NCBI GenBank assembly: GCA_031261295.1
Contig: JAISKT010000203.1
Location: 34,395-98,394, forward strand
From: Candidatus Symbiothrix sp.
Lineage (GTDB): Bacteria > Bacteroidota > Bacteroidia > Bacteroidales > Azobacteroidaceae
Reading direction: 5' to 3'
Length of the DNA: 64,000 nucleotides
The first letter of the stretch is position 1. The number at the start of each line of letters is the position of its first letter. The notes beneath the pieces are model-generated. The model was not told the origin of the DNA. It made no database searches and was given only the letters and a program-made list of their open reading frames with translations. The translations under genes were made by a program, and so were the position numbers. Positions 1 through 10,302 of the stretch are shown here, in pieces.

Positions 1-225
1 CTCTTCGCCAATTTCAATGGCAAAATTGTATGTTTACCAATGGTTGCGCCACGCATCCGCGCTATTCGCCTTGCCGTTTCGTGTTTTAGAAAAAAGAAAA
101 AGCGAACAAAAAAACCTACGTTATAAATATTCACTACACTTTGAAAGTTAATAAATTATATGGATGAGAATACAATGAACAATGCTGTTTATACCCAAAA
201 TATTAAAAATAGAACACTGATACAT
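1..225 (-). pseudogene. 5' part of a probable hexapeptide-type acyltransferase, frameshifted and running off the window edge
   Basis: Minus strand reads YSHPYNLLTF in one frame, then QSVVNIYNVGFFVRFFFFLKHETARRIARMRGATIGKHTILPLKLAK in another. RGATIG resembles capsule-locus acyltransferases. Confidence 0.4.
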
Positions 226-1265
226 TTTATTGTACTTAATATTGCAGCAGCAACATATTCGGGAGTGATTTTTCTACTTAATTTTTTACTTCTTTCTCCC
301 ATTTTCAATAAATCAATATCAGAAGTTGCAATGATATTACTAATTGCATCTTCTATTGATTTTACATTATTTGGTTCCATCAGGTAACCATTGTATTTAT
401 TTATCAAAAATTGTGTTGTGGCTCCGCAAACTTTTGTAGCAAGGATAGGTAGTCCGGCTGTCGCAGCCTCGTGAATAACCAACGCCCAAGGCTCAAAGGT
501 AGATGGTAAAATGAAGCATCCCGATTTACTCATTTCTTCACATAAAATTTCTTGAGAAACAAAATCAATTAATTTTACGTCATTCTGACAAAGCACCTCA
601 CTTTTAAGGTTCCCATTTCCAATAATCGTTAGCAACCAATCTTTTTTATCTTTTATATTTTTCCACGCTTCGAGCAGCTGTAATAAGCCTTTTTCTTTTG
701 ATAATCTCCCTATATAGAGTAGTTGGTGTGGATATTGCTCTTGTTTTTGTTCAACAGGAACGGTTTCAAACAATTCGACATTGGCGGAATAAAGAGGACT
801 TATTATATGATTTTTATCAAATCCAAGCCGGCGAGCATATTCGTATTGCCAAGTTCCTGCTACTAAAATACGAGTGTACCATGTTTGGTGTCGAAACTTT
901 GAAAGCAATATATGTCCCCATTGAAGTCCTCCTCGCCATTGAGAATCAACACCCGAAATGATTGGAATATTTGAAATATGCTTGATTTTTTTTGTTGCAT
1001 AGCAATACAATTTATCCGTCCATCCTGCAACATATATAAGAGAAGGATTAATGGTTTAAATAAAAGAGAACAAATGTTTTACGTTTTTAAATTCGGAGCG
1101 ATTAAAATATTCTACATTTTCAATTACAGGAGGAACGTATGGAGTTAATAACCTGCTATCCCATTTCACTACATATACCTTGTAACCTTGTTTTGTAAAC
1201 TCTTTCAAAACCGGTATTACATAAGGCATCAAGCCTGAATATAAGTACAATATATTTTTCTGCAT
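189..1265 (-). pseudogene. GT4 glycosyltransferase split by an in-frame TAA
   Basis: ORFs 1056..1265 and 189..1010 are in the same frame, reading FSFI*TINPSLIYVAGWTDKLYCY. GT4 motifs YIGRLSKEKG and FEPWALVIHEAATAGLP. Confidence 0.8.
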
Positions 1266-1273
1266 AATGTAAT

Positions 1274-2206
1274 TTATAGGATTGATTTAAAATATTCAAT
1301 GGTTTTTGTTAACCCGGCTTCCAAATCTATTTTCGGCTGCCAATCAAGTTTTTCCATTGCGAGCGAAATATCGGGTTTACGCTGTTTCGGGTCGTCTTGC
1401 GGAAGTGGTAAAAATACAATTTTTGACTTTGAATTTGTCAGTTTTATCACTTTTTCAGCAAGTTCGAGCATTGTAAATTCGCCCGGATTGCCAATATTTA
1501 CAGGGCCGATAAAACCGTTGTCGTTGTTCATCATCTTTATCATTCCCTCAATCAAATCATCGCAATATTGAAAAGATCGCGTTTGAGCGCCGTCTCCAAA
1601 AATAGTAATATCTTCATTTTTAAGCGCTTGAACAATAAAATTTGACACCACGCGCCCGTCATTTGGGTGCATTCGCGGTCCATAAGTGTTGAAAATGCGG
1701 ATTATACGAATATCTACGTTGTTTTGGCGATAATAGTCCATAAAAAGCGTTTCGGCGCAACGTTTGCCCTCGTCATAACACGAGCGGATGCCGATAGTAT
1801 TCACATTTCCCCAGTAACTTTCAACTTGCGGATGAATTACCGGGTCACCATATACTTCGGAAGTCGATGCCTGTAAAATTTTGGCTTTGATGCGCTTCGC
1901 CAAGCCGAGCATATTTATTGCGCCCGAAACCGACACTTTTGTTGTCTGAATCGGGTCGTGCTGATAATGCACCGGCGAAGCGGGACACGCCAAGTTGTAG
2001 ATTTCGTCGACTTCCACATAAAGCGGAAAGCAGACATCGTGACGAATAACCTCAAAATAAGGGTTGTCTAAAAGATGGACGATATTGCGTTTTGCGCCCG
2101 TGAAAAAATTATCAACGCAAATTACTTCGTTGCCTTCGTTCAAAAGCCTTTCGCAGAGATGCGAGCCGAGAAAACCGGAACCGCCGGTTACTAATATTTT
2201 TTTCAT
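1274..2206 (-). CDS. uxs: UDP-glucuronate decarboxylase (UDP-xylose synthase)
   Basis: [48 protein letters not shown]. Confidence 0.93.
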   Translation of the reverse strand: MKKILVTGGSGFLGSHLCERLLNEGNEVICVDNFFTGAKRNIVHLLDNPYFEVIRHDVCFPLYVEVDEIYNLACPASPVHYQHDPIQTTKVSVSGAINMLGLAKRIKAKILQASTSEVYGDPVIHPQVESYWGNVNTIGIRSCYDEGKRCAETLFMDYYRQNNVDIRIIRIFNTYGPRMHPNDGRVVSNFIVQALKNEDITIFGDGAQTRSFQYCDDLIEGMIKMMNNDNGFIGPVNIGNPGEFTMLELAEKVIKLTNSKSKIVFLPLPQDDPKQRKPDISLAMEKLDWQPKIDLEAGLTKTIEYFKSIL

Positions 2207-2349
2207 TATTTATTTGTATATTTTAATAATCTAATTTATCGTCCTCCCGTTATTACAGCCGTTATTTTTGGCAAAAACCTCTTTAAAACAAAATATATAA
2301 CCAGCGCAATTCCACTTTTCACATTGTAATTATTATAAATCCGTTTCCT

Positions 2350-3306
2350 CTATTTTTTGAACTTAAACAAATAAATCATTACTAACAAGATTACCATCAA
2401 CGCTCCAACCGCCCATTCCCACGCTTCATAATACGTATGCACATAAATCAGTATTCCGCAAAGCGCTAATTGCACGAACGCATATCCGGCAGAAACCTTC
2501 AAATGAGAAATTCCCTTTTCGTTGGAGAGTATCTGGTAAAAGTGCATGCGATGCGCTTCAAAAATATTCTGTTTCAAATACATGCGATGCAAAATGGTGC
2601 ATATCGTATCTACGCCATAAACCACTAAAAAGAATATCCAAATAACCGATTGGCCGGCCAACATCAGTTGCAGCAAAAGGGTAACAATCCAAAAAGAAAT
2701 GCCCATACTGCCGACATCTCCGGCAAAACATCCGGCGCGTTTCCGGAAATTAAAAAATAAAAATACAATACAAGCCAAAATAGCATAATTGATAAAATCC
2801 GGTTGCGTGAAAGGTATCAGCTGACAGTTAACATATTGTAAGGCAATGAGAACAGTCAGACTATACAATCCGGTGATGCCATTGATGCCGTCCATAAAAT
2901 TATAGGCATTCATCACCCCGACAAAGAAAATATAAGCCAATACAATCAATCCCCAAGGCAATAAGGTATAGATTCCTAAGCCATAAAAAATCAAACTAAT
3001 AGATAAGAAATGAACGACAATTCGCACTCTGTTGGGCAATGAAGAAATATCATCCCAAAGGCTGATTCCGCAAATTAAAGTTATTCCGATGAAAAACGAA
3101 AAACATTCCAAGTTTTGAAAACTTGGAATGTTTAGGCTGTATAACGCCGCTGCCAACCAAAAGACAATGCCACCTCCACGGATAGTGATATAATTGTGTG
3201 AACTTCGCTGATTGGGCTTGTCGATAATATTGTATTTATCGGCAATTTTAAAATAAATAATTATCCCGGCAAAAAGGATGATTGTTACAACTATATATTG
3301 AAGCAT
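2350..3306 (-). CDS. MraY/WecA-family undecaprenyl-phosphate sugar-1-phosphate (initiating) transferase
   Basis: IIDKPNQRSSH, RGGG, WDD, NAYNFMDGINGI, FAGDVGS, AHRMHFYQ; multiple transmembrane segments. Confidence 0.9.
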   Translation of the reverse strand: MLQYIVVTIILFAGIIIYFKIADKYNIIDKPNQRSSHNYITIRGGGIVFWLAAALYSLNIPSFQNLECFSFFIGITLICGISLWDDISSLPNRVRIVVHFLSISLIFYGLGIYTLLPWGLIVLAYIFFVGVMNAYNFMDGINGITGLYSLTVLIALQYVNCQLIPFTQPDFINYAILACIVFLFFNFRKRAGCFAGDVGSMGISFWIVTLLLQLMLAGQSVIWIFFLVVYGVDTICTILHRMYLKQNIFEAHRMHFYQILSNEKGISHLKVSAGYAFVQLALCGILIYVHTYYEAWEWAVGALMVILLVMIYLFKFKK

Positions 3307-3340
3307 TTTTTGAATGAAGATTAGGATTCAGGGGTGTTGT

Positions 3341-3393
3341 CCACGAATTACACGAATTAACACGGAAAAATAATTCGTGAAAATTCGTGTAAT
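3341..3393. repeat. CACGAATT tandem/inverted repeat element, copy 1
   Basis: ccacgaattacacgaattaacacg followed by inverted aattcgtgaaaattcgtgtaat; 24 nt identical to 26490..26513. Confidence 0.85.
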
Positions 3394-3422
3394 GGACACG
3401 TTTGAATATTTCTTATTCTTTA

Positions 3423-4328
3423 TTATGAAACTCTAAAATTCTCTAATACATTGAGCGGTTGCCATCCTAATATCTCTTTTGCTTTTTGATTAGAAAAAGT
3501 AAGAGACTGTGTTATTTTGGTTAATTTATCCGAGTTAATTGGTGCTTTCTTCCCTAATATATCTCCACATAATGCCATACCTTTCGCTATAAAATACGGG
3601 ATAGAGAAAGGCTTTTTTTTCCCTAATTGATTTGAAATCAAATTCCCCAATTGACCAAAAGAAAGTTGTTCATCATCACATACATTATATATACCCCCTT
3701 TTTCTAATAATAAAGGTACTAAATTAGCTATATCTTGAACCATCAAAACACTTTTTTTTGCTTTTCCTCCATTAATATTAAAATAAAGACCTGTTTTTAT
3801 ACCTTTTATCATAGTTCCTAAATTACCTGGAGGATTAGTGCCGGCTATCAATGATGGACGAAGAATAGATAGAATTACATTATGTTTTTTACTCCAATCA
3901 AGCAAGAATTGTTCCGCTTGAATTTTACTTAACGCATAAGGAGTATTTCCATTTAAAGGGTGTTCTTCTGTAATCATATTTCCATTTTCACATCCATATA
4001 CCGCTACTGTGCTAATAAAAATAAAAACTTGGGGAATTCCTGATTTTTCCAAAGCTTTGCATAAATTGACTGTCCCTTTTAGATTCACATCAAAAAAAAC
4101 GTGTCGTTCTTCCTCTGTTTTAGGAACTATATGTGCTTTTCCAGCAGCATGTAAAACGACATCATAAAAAGTCTTTAATTTTGGAATTTCACGGCTAAGA
4201 TTGCACTCTATATCGGAATTGGAAATATCTAATTTAGATATTTCATATCCTTTTTCTTTTAAAAGGGACAAAATATTTTTTCCTAAAAAGCCATTGGCAC
4301 CAGTAAAAAGCAAACTATTCTTAATCAT
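3423..4328 (-). CDS. NAD-dependent epimerase/dehydratase
   Basis: TGANGFLG, HAAGKAH, STVAVYG, YALSK. The ATG at 4328 overlapping the upstream stop is preferred over the ORF-track start at 4391. Confidence 0.88.
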   Translation of the reverse strand: MIKNSLLFTGANGFLGKNILSLLKEKGYEISKLDISNSDIECNLSREIPKLKTFYDVVLHAAGKAHIVPKTEEERHVFFDVNLKGTVNLCKALEKSGIPQVFIFISTVAVYGCENGNMITEEHPLNGNTPYALSKIQAEQFLLDWSKKHNVILSILRPSLIAGTNPPGNLGTMIKGIKTGLYFNINGGKAKKSVLMVQDIANLVPLLLEKGGIYNVCDDEQLSFGQLGNLISNQLGKKKPFSIPYFIAKGMALCGDILGKKAPINSDKLTKITQSLTFSNQKAKEILGWQPLNVLENFRVS

Positions 4329-5164
4329 ATATCTAATTGTTTTACTTTCTCCCAATCTATTTGGTTGCCGGCTTCTTCTACAGAAATCCATTTGTAATCG
4401 TGAACAAATTGCATAAATTTAGAATAAGTGCCTTTCAGTCCATAATACGACTTAAATTTTCGTTCAAAATCAAAATAAGTAAATCGATGTTGTTCAGCAT
4501 CGAAATCCCTCATGTGCAAATAAGTCATATTATAATCTGATTGCTGCATCAATAGTTTGATGAGCCAATAAGGAAATAATCTGAAATAGCCACCACCGCC
4601 AAACACGAAATCTTTACCTAATACTTTGCCTGTATTGATTGGGAATTCTTTAATTTCAACGCCATTATGTTTTATTAAAGTGGGTTTCCCTTTACCAAAG
4701 GATGGGAATCCGCCATAACTCCTTGTTGTTGGAAATATCGAACAATCATATTCTATTCCATTGTTTGCCAACACTTCAAATGCCCATTTGGCATTTTCTG
4801 TAATCGTAAATGAGGGTGCTCGAAAGGATTTTATTTTTTTGCCTGAAATATTTTCAAGAATATCTAATGCGTTCTTTAAATCTTCATTAAAAGATTCGGG
4901 ATTCATATCTTTTACAAAAATGTGCCGGTCTGTATGGCAAGCTATTTCATGTCCTCTTTCAGCAATTCGTTTTATCACTCCCGGATATTTTCTGGCAATC
5001 CAACCTAAACAAAAACAAGTTGCTTTAATATTTTCGGAATCTAAAGCATCTAAAACTTTATCAAGATACAAATCTATGCGAGGCTCATAACTATCCCATT
5101 TATCTTCTGTGGAATAGATGTCATAATGCCACCATTCTTCTATGTCAAAAGTGAGAATATTCAT
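4325..5164 (-). CDS. Polysaccharide deacetylase (CE4/NodB with DUF3473-type C-terminus)
   Basis: LTFDIEEW, GHEIACHTDRH, FRAPSF, GGGYFRLFPY, YLHMRDFD. Confidence 0.9.
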   Translation of the reverse strand: MNILTFDIEEWWHYDIYSTEDKWDSYEPRIDLYLDKVLDALDSENIKATCFCLGWIARKYPGVIKRIAERGHEIACHTDRHIFVKDMNPESFNEDLKNALDILENISGKKIKSFRAPSFTITENAKWAFEVLANNGIEYDCSIFPTTRSYGGFPSFGKGKPTLIKHNGVEIKEFPINTGKVLGKDFVFGGGGYFRLFPYWLIKLLMQQSDYNMTYLHMRDFDAEQHRFTYFDFERKFKSYYGLKGTYSKFMQFVHDYKWISVEEAGNQIDWEKVKQLDI

Positions 5165-5184
5165 TTAATAAAGAAAAGAAAATA

Positions 5185-5677
5185 TCAATTTTTGTGTCGT
5201 GGAATAAAAAATCCTTTGATGCAATTCAGGTTTCGTATGCAAATCTGAATGTGGCTTTTAGCTTGGATGCCGGCGCCTTCAAAAGCAGGGCCTCCTTCGG
5301 TAAAAATACCTCGAACAGTATCAAATTGGGTTAATAAACTAAAGCCGTTTGTTTGTATATCGGTATTAATTTTTTCAGCAATCTTCAGGTGCATATATTC
5401 GATAAATGTATTTACTATCAGAAAAATCAGAACAAACATCTAATTGATAGACAACTCCAACTACAGAAGTTTTTTCTAATTTCCTCGCTTTTTCTTATCC
5501 ATTGCCCATTGTAAAGCTCACTCATAGTTATCCTCCCAAAGATAAAAACCATGTTTCAAGCAATCAAAAGACTCTTTACTTATTTTTACTATAATCGGGA
5601 TTAGTTACTAATTGGTTACGTACAAACTCATCGCAGTCATGGAATCCTATCATAAAGTTTAGTTTATTACTATACAT
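5185..5677 (-). pseudogene. Decayed conserved hypothetical gene, possibly ADP-ribosyltransferase-like
   Basis: Fragments MYSNKLNFMIGFHDCDEFVRNQLV / FDCLKHGFYLWEDNYE*ALQWA / FDTVRGIFTEGGPAFEGAGIQAKSHIQICIRNLNCIKGFFIP, with stops and frameshifts. Confidence 0.7.
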
Positions 5678-5688
5678 TTGTTTAAAAT

Positions 5689-5856
5689 TTAGATGTTAGT
5701 CACTACCTTTGCTAAATTTGAATAGGGTTCTGTAAACTCTCCGTTTTCATCTAAGATACCCACAGCTCGAAAAGTTGCCAAAGCTTCTTCTCTCGTTTTT
5801 TTGTTACTTCTCTTTTTTGTTCTTCTACCAAAGCAAATAACAAATCAATTTGGCTG
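5689..5856 (-). pseudogene. Remnant of a small partner (antitoxin-like) gene
   Basis: SQIDLLFALVEEQKREVTK, then a frameshift in an A-tract, then TREEALATFRAVGILDENGEFTEPYSNLAKVVTNI*; no start codon. Confidence 0.55.
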
Positions 5857-5859
5857 ATA

Positions 5860-6056
5860 AGGAACCTGCGCCTAAATAGCGTCTTCTCCAATCGTAACTC
5901 CCGGCATAACCATGGATTCCATTCCAATTAAGCAACTTTTTTAAAGATCAATATGATCCCCCCATAAATACGGACTTCGTACTTGTCCCAATTGAAATCG
6001 GGAGTGATGAAATCACAGTTGTACCAGTCTTCGATGTCGAAAGTGAAGATATTTGT
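5860..6056 (-). pseudogene. Fused remnants: N-terminus of a second polysaccharide deacetylase and C-terminus of a hexapeptide acyltransferase
   Basis: TNIFTFDIEDWYNCDFITPDFNWDKYEVRIY (similar to the start of 4325..5164) abuts KSCLIGMESMVMPGVTIGEDAI*. Confidence 0.7.
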
Positions 6057-7028
6057 CTATCTATTATCAAAATTGGCTAAACCCACATCCCAAGATGAAA
6101 TCGAAAGGAAATCATCTTTTCGTTCTTCGGTCAACAAATAGCCAATGAAAGGTTGCACTCGCGGTTCTTTTGATTTGGGAACCTTGATAAAATAAAAAGG
6201 AGAACTATCCATCTTGCCAACAAATAAAATGACATCCAATTTGTCTTCAAAATCTCTCGCTATTTGATAGATTGCTTTTGTCAGCATATATTTCGATAGA
6301 GGAAAACAATCTACCAAATAAATAGTACAAATCCCTTCTTCATCATATTCTCTTATCACAAAATAACCTTTCTCTCCCATCTTATATATTTTATAACCAT
6401 CTTCATCATTATACCTCTCTTTTAAAAAATTCGCATCTCGTACTAAACTTATTTTTTTCTTTGGAGAAACTTTGACTTCAAAGGATAAAATATTGGCACA
6501 AGAAAGGAGAGCTTTGAAAAAACCAGCCGAAAAAAAATCAAAGAGGTTGCTTACTTTGACTAATTTTGAAAGTCGGTAAGGCAATATATAATAGTCTAAT
6601 GCTGCAATATCTTTCCAATCTCCGTAAGACTTCCAATAAGGATAAGCCGTTGTGTTGGGAATAGAAATTAAATAATGGATATTATTCTCTTTGCAAACCT
6701 TGTATGCAGCATCAGCCATGTCTTGTAAAAAGAAATCATCTTTGCGATGCTTTTCTAAGATAAAAGCATCACAGCCCAAACCTATCATTTGTTCTGTTCC
6801 GTCAAAATGATAAGCTCTCGGAATTACAGAAAACATCCCTACTATATGATTTTCATGCAATAAAAAGCCATGAATAGAAAATTGAAGTACTGTATTCAGG
6901 TATTTCTTTTTGAAATAAGTTACATTAAATTGCTTGTTAAAAACAGTATTGAAAGAATTGATTAATTCACGCCATTCACCCTCACTTAATTCATTCGAAG
7001 TTTTAGCAATAATACTATATTTAGCCAT
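6057..7028 (-). CDS. GNAT-fold acyltransferase, putative
   Basis: IVGMFSVIP, GLGCDAFILEKHRK and ISIPNTTAYPYW fit a GNAT pattern; lies downstream of fabH. Confidence 0.6.
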   Translation of the reverse strand: MAKYSIIAKTSNELSEGEWRELINSFNTVFNKQFNVTYFKKKYLNTVLQFSIHGFLLHENHIVGMFSVIPRAYHFDGTEQMIGLGCDAFILEKHRKDDFFLQDMADAAYKVCKENNIHYLISIPNTTAYPYWKSYGDWKDIAALDYYILPYRLSKLVKVSNLFDFFSAGFFKALLSCANILSFEVKVSPKKKISLVRDANFLKERYNDEDGYKIYKMGEKGYFVIREYDEEGICTIYLVDCFPLSKYMLTKAIYQIARDFEDKLDVILFVGKMDSSPFYFIKVPKSKEPRVQPFIGYLLTEERKDDFLSISSWDVGLANFDNR

Positions 7029-8028
7029 TTTTTTTTATCTTTAATGTAACTCCACCCCAGGAATAACCTACTCCAAATCCTGCCAATAGTATATTTCCTT
7101 TCAATTTCTCTTCTTTTTGAGCTTCGCATAAAGCAATAGGGATGGTAGAAGAAACTGTATTTCCTACATTCTCCAAATAGATATAGAATTTGTCAGCATC
7201 AATTTCAATGAGTTTTCTCAAGTAGTTCATCATATATTTATTGGCTTGATGAAATACAAATAAATCAATATCGTCTTGTTGCAGTTGATTATTTTTCAAT
7301 ACCTGTTCTACTAATACAGGAACCGCATCTGCTGTAAAATTAAATATCTCCCCTCCATTCATATAGAGATAATCAGATGATTTCAGATTGTTGTTTTCAT
7401 CAATTACCAAATCATTCTTTGCTTCGGGTTGACGTAAAGCTCCTCGTTTAACAATTAAGTTTTCGGCACCGCTTCCATCCGTTCCTAAAGCAAAGTTTCC
7501 AATCTCTGCAAAACCCTCTGTAGAGATTAAATTAGCTGTTGCTGCATCACCAAAGATAGTACGGTTACCTTTATCTTTGGGATGAAGATGCTTCGAATAA
7601 GTTTCAGCTGTGAGTAACAACACATTTTTAGCAATTCCGCCCAAAATCAATCCTTTGGCTAAAGACAAACCATAAATATAGCCCGAACAGCCTAGATTGT
7701 AATCCAAAGCTCCTGTACTATTACTTAAGCCTAAGCGATTTTGTAAAATACAAGAGGATGTCGGGAGATAATAATCCGGACTTTGCGTACACAACAGGAC
7801 AAAATCTATCGTTGACTTATCTATCGAATGTTCCTTGAATAATTTTTTAGCAGCAGAAGTAGCTAAGTCTAAAGCCGTTTCATTATCGGATGTAATATGT
7901 CGCTTATTTACGCCTACTTTACTAGCTATCTTTTCGACCGACCATTCCGGAAATTCTTTAACTAAATCTTCATTAGTTAGACATTTTTCCGGCAAATAGT
8001 AGGATATAGCTTTTGTATATGCTTTCAT
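7021..8028 (-). CDS. fabH: 3-oxoacyl-ACP synthase III family
   Basis: NLGCSGY, FGDAA, FHQAN, GNTVSSTIP, GFGVGYSWG. Confidence 0.92.
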   Translation of the reverse strand: MKAYTKAISYYLPEKCLTNEDLVKEFPEWSVEKIASKVGVNKRHITSDNETALDLATSAAKKLFKEHSIDKSTIDFVLLCTQSPDYYLPTSSCILQNRLGLSNSTGALDYNLGCSGYIYGLSLAKGLILGGIAKNVLLLTAETYSKHLHPKDKGNRTIFGDAATANLISTEGFAEIGNFALGTDGSGAENLIVKRGALRQPEAKNDLVIDENNNLKSSDYLYMNGGEIFNFTADAVPVLVEQVLKNNQLQQDDIDLFVFHQANKYMMNYLRKLIEIDADKFYIYLENVGNTVSSTIPIALCEAQKEEKLKGNILLAGFGVGYSWGGVTLKIKKNG

Positions 8029-8033
8029 CTCAA

Positions 8034-8777
8034 TTATTGTATTGTGTAACCTCCATCAATCACTAAGCTACTCCCGGTAATCCATTGGGCGGCATCTGAA
8101 AGTAAATACACCACAGCATAAGCCACTTCTTCCGGTTTTCCGTAGCGTTTTAAGGGATACTTCAATTTGTCTTTTTTTATATCTTCTGCATCGACAAAAC
8201 TATTTTTTAAAATATCAGTTTCAATCATCGCCGGATTCACACAGTTGACGCGAATCTTCTTTGAAGCTAATTCAAGCGCTATAGCTTTCATAAACCCATT
8301 AAGCATCGCTTTGGAAGCAGAATATGCAGAGTTTCCTATAACGGAACAATTATTCCCATTAATAGATGAAATATAAACAATCGAAGATTCTTTATTGAAT
8401 TTCTTATTTATAATCAATAATCGGGTTAAGTTCATGACAGAAATAGAATTAGTTTGTAAAATTTCATTGATGTCATTTAACTCCATAAATGTCAATAACA
8501 AAGTTTTGACGATTCCTGCGCTATTGACAAAACCATCCAATTTAGGTAATTGCTCTACTAGAGATTCTATTTCTTCTTTTTTGTTTAAATCTGCAAGCAA
8601 GTAATTGTGATTTGTGCCTTCGCATCTCGATAAGGTGTCTTTTAATTTATCTTCATTTCTTCCTGTAAGAATGAGATTGACACCCATTTGAGAACAAACA
8701 ATAGCAATAGCCCGCCCAATACCGGAAGAAGCACCGGTCACTAATATGGTTTTGTCTTTTAACGAAAAGGGATTCAT
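8034..8777 (-). CDS. SDR oxidoreductase (FabG-like)
   Basis: TGASSGIG, YSASK, RVNCVNP, DGG. Confidence 0.9.
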   Translation of the reverse strand: MNPFSLKDKTILVTGASSGIGRAIAIVCSQMGVNLILTGRNEDKLKDTLSRCEGTNHNYLLADLNKKEEIESLVEQLPKLDGFVNSAGIVKTLLLTFMELNDINEILQTNSISVMNLTRLLIINKKFNKESSIVYISSINGNNCSVIGNSAYSASKAMLNGFMKAIALELASKKIRVNCVNPAMIETDILKNSFVDAEDIKKDKLKYPLKRYGKPEEVAYAVVYLLSDAAQWITGSSLVIDGGYTIQ

Positions 8778-8781
8778 GCAA

Positions 8782-9012
8782 CTATTTCTTTGATTCTACT
8801 AAATCAAAAAGTTCTTGAATTGTATTCGTACCACGCATTTCCAAAGGAGTTAGATGCACATTGTATTTCTTTTCAATCATATTCAACACTGCCAAGGCAT
8901 TGAGAGAAGACCATTCATCGATATCTCTATAATTAGTACTTGTTATGAATACTGAATTATCTGTATCATCGAATTGAGATGCAAAATTTCCAATAAAACT
9001 GTTTATTTCCAT
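8782..9012 (-). CDS. Acyl carrier protein
   Basis: 76 aa, acidic; EWSSL phosphopantetheine-site motif; adjacent to fabG-like and fabH genes. Confidence 0.85.
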   Translation of the reverse strand: MEINSFIGNFASQFDDTDNSVFITSTNYRDIDEWSSLNALAVLNMIEKKYNVHLTPLEMRGTNTIQELFDLVESKK

Positions 9013-9072
9013 ATCCTTTTTATTATTGATTATATATTATTATGTAAATCAATCATTTATGTATAGTAATAT

Positions 9073-10302
9073 TCATTTAGAAGTGTTTTTAGCTGACAAC
9101 TCTTCCAAACAAAACACTAAGTCAAATATAATAGTATCTTTTGAAAAATTTTTGTAATAATATTTCTTTCCATTATTACCCATTTCTTTCAAAACATTCT
9201 TGTCAAGAGATTTTGCTTTTCGAATATTATTTGCAAGAGTAAGATAATCACCTGCTCTTGCTGTGAATCCGCACATAGCTTCATTAACAACCTCAGTAGC
9301 AGCTCCATGAGCCATAGTCATTATAGGTTTCCCAAATGCCATATATGATTGAGTTCTTGAAGGAAGGGTTAAATTAACAGATTCAATATCTTTAAGAGTT
9401 ACAAGTAAAACATCTGCATAAATATACAAATGTGGCATTTCCTCATACGGATAACGTCCTAATAGAGAAACCGTATCTTCAAGATTATATTTTTTTATTT
9501 TTTCTACTATCCAGTCTTTTTTACTTCCAGTGCCAACAAATACCCATTTAATATCTTTATCATCGTGTGTTTCGAGAATTGCTTGCAAAACATGATCAAT
9601 ATCCTGGCCTTCAGCTATATTGCCAGCAAACATCACAATAAAACCTTCTGGAATAATATTTTTATATTTTTCTACATCTATATCAGAAGAAAGAAATATA
9701 TCCTCCGCCCAATTAGGCAAATATTTAATATTTGGGACAACATCACATTTCTCTAAGATCGGCATACGAAATTCTTTACTAGATATAAATATGATATCCG
9801 ATTTTAAATAAATATATTTTACCATTCTTGTTAGGTTCCGATATACAATTTGAGACTTTAATTTTTCTGAACCGGCAACACTTTCCGGCCATAAGTCCTG
9901 CACCCATAATCCCATTTTTGTTCCATACATTTTTTTATGAACTATGGCAGGATAAGCCGTGGTAATAGGCGAAACCCCAAAAACAAAACTAACATCATAT
10001 TTTTTACGATGAAAAAACATAAAAATTGATGCAGTTAATACAAAAGAAAGATAATTGATAGACAATCTGATTCCACTTCCATTTCCTCGAGTGAATATTG
10101 GCACTCTATAAACTGGGATACCACTATAGGTGTCCTTTATTTTAGAAAAAAAACCATACCCTTTATAATATCGTCCATTAGGATAATTGGGTTTACCAGT
10201 AAGAACAGTTACTTCATGACCTCTCTTTTTTAGCTCTATTGCTATACCATTTATTTTGAAACTTTCCGGCCAAAAATATTGACTAACTATTAAAATTTTC
10301 AT
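9073..10302 (-). CDS. GT4 glycosyltransferase (WbuB-like)
   Basis: SQYFWPE, TGKPNYP, VQDLWPES, FAGNI. Confidence 0.88.
   Translation of the reverse strand: MKILIVSQYFWPESFKINGIAIELKKRGHEVTVLTGKPNYPNGRYYKGYGFFSKIKDTYSGIPVYRVPIFTRGNGSGIRLSINYLSFVLTASIFMFFHRKKYDVSFVFGVSPITTAYPAIVHKKMYGTKMGLWVQDLWPESVAGSEKLKSQIVYRNLTRMVKYIYLKSDIIFISSKEFRMPILEKCDVVPNIKYLPNWAEDIFLSSDIDVEKYKNIIPEGFIVMFAGNIAEGQDIDHVLQAILETHDDKDIKWVFVGTGSKKDWIVEKIKKYNLEDTVSLLGRYPYEEMPHLYIYADVLLVTLKDIESVNLTLPSRTQSYMAFGKPIMTMAHGAATEVVNEAMCGFTARAGDYLTLANNIRKAKSLDKNVLKEMGNNGKKYYYKNFSKDTIIFDLVFCLEELSAKNTSK

Noticed and set aside
1056-1058. Stop-codon reassignment
   Set aside because: TAA terminates many intact genes in this window, so a single nonsense change is the simpler explanation.
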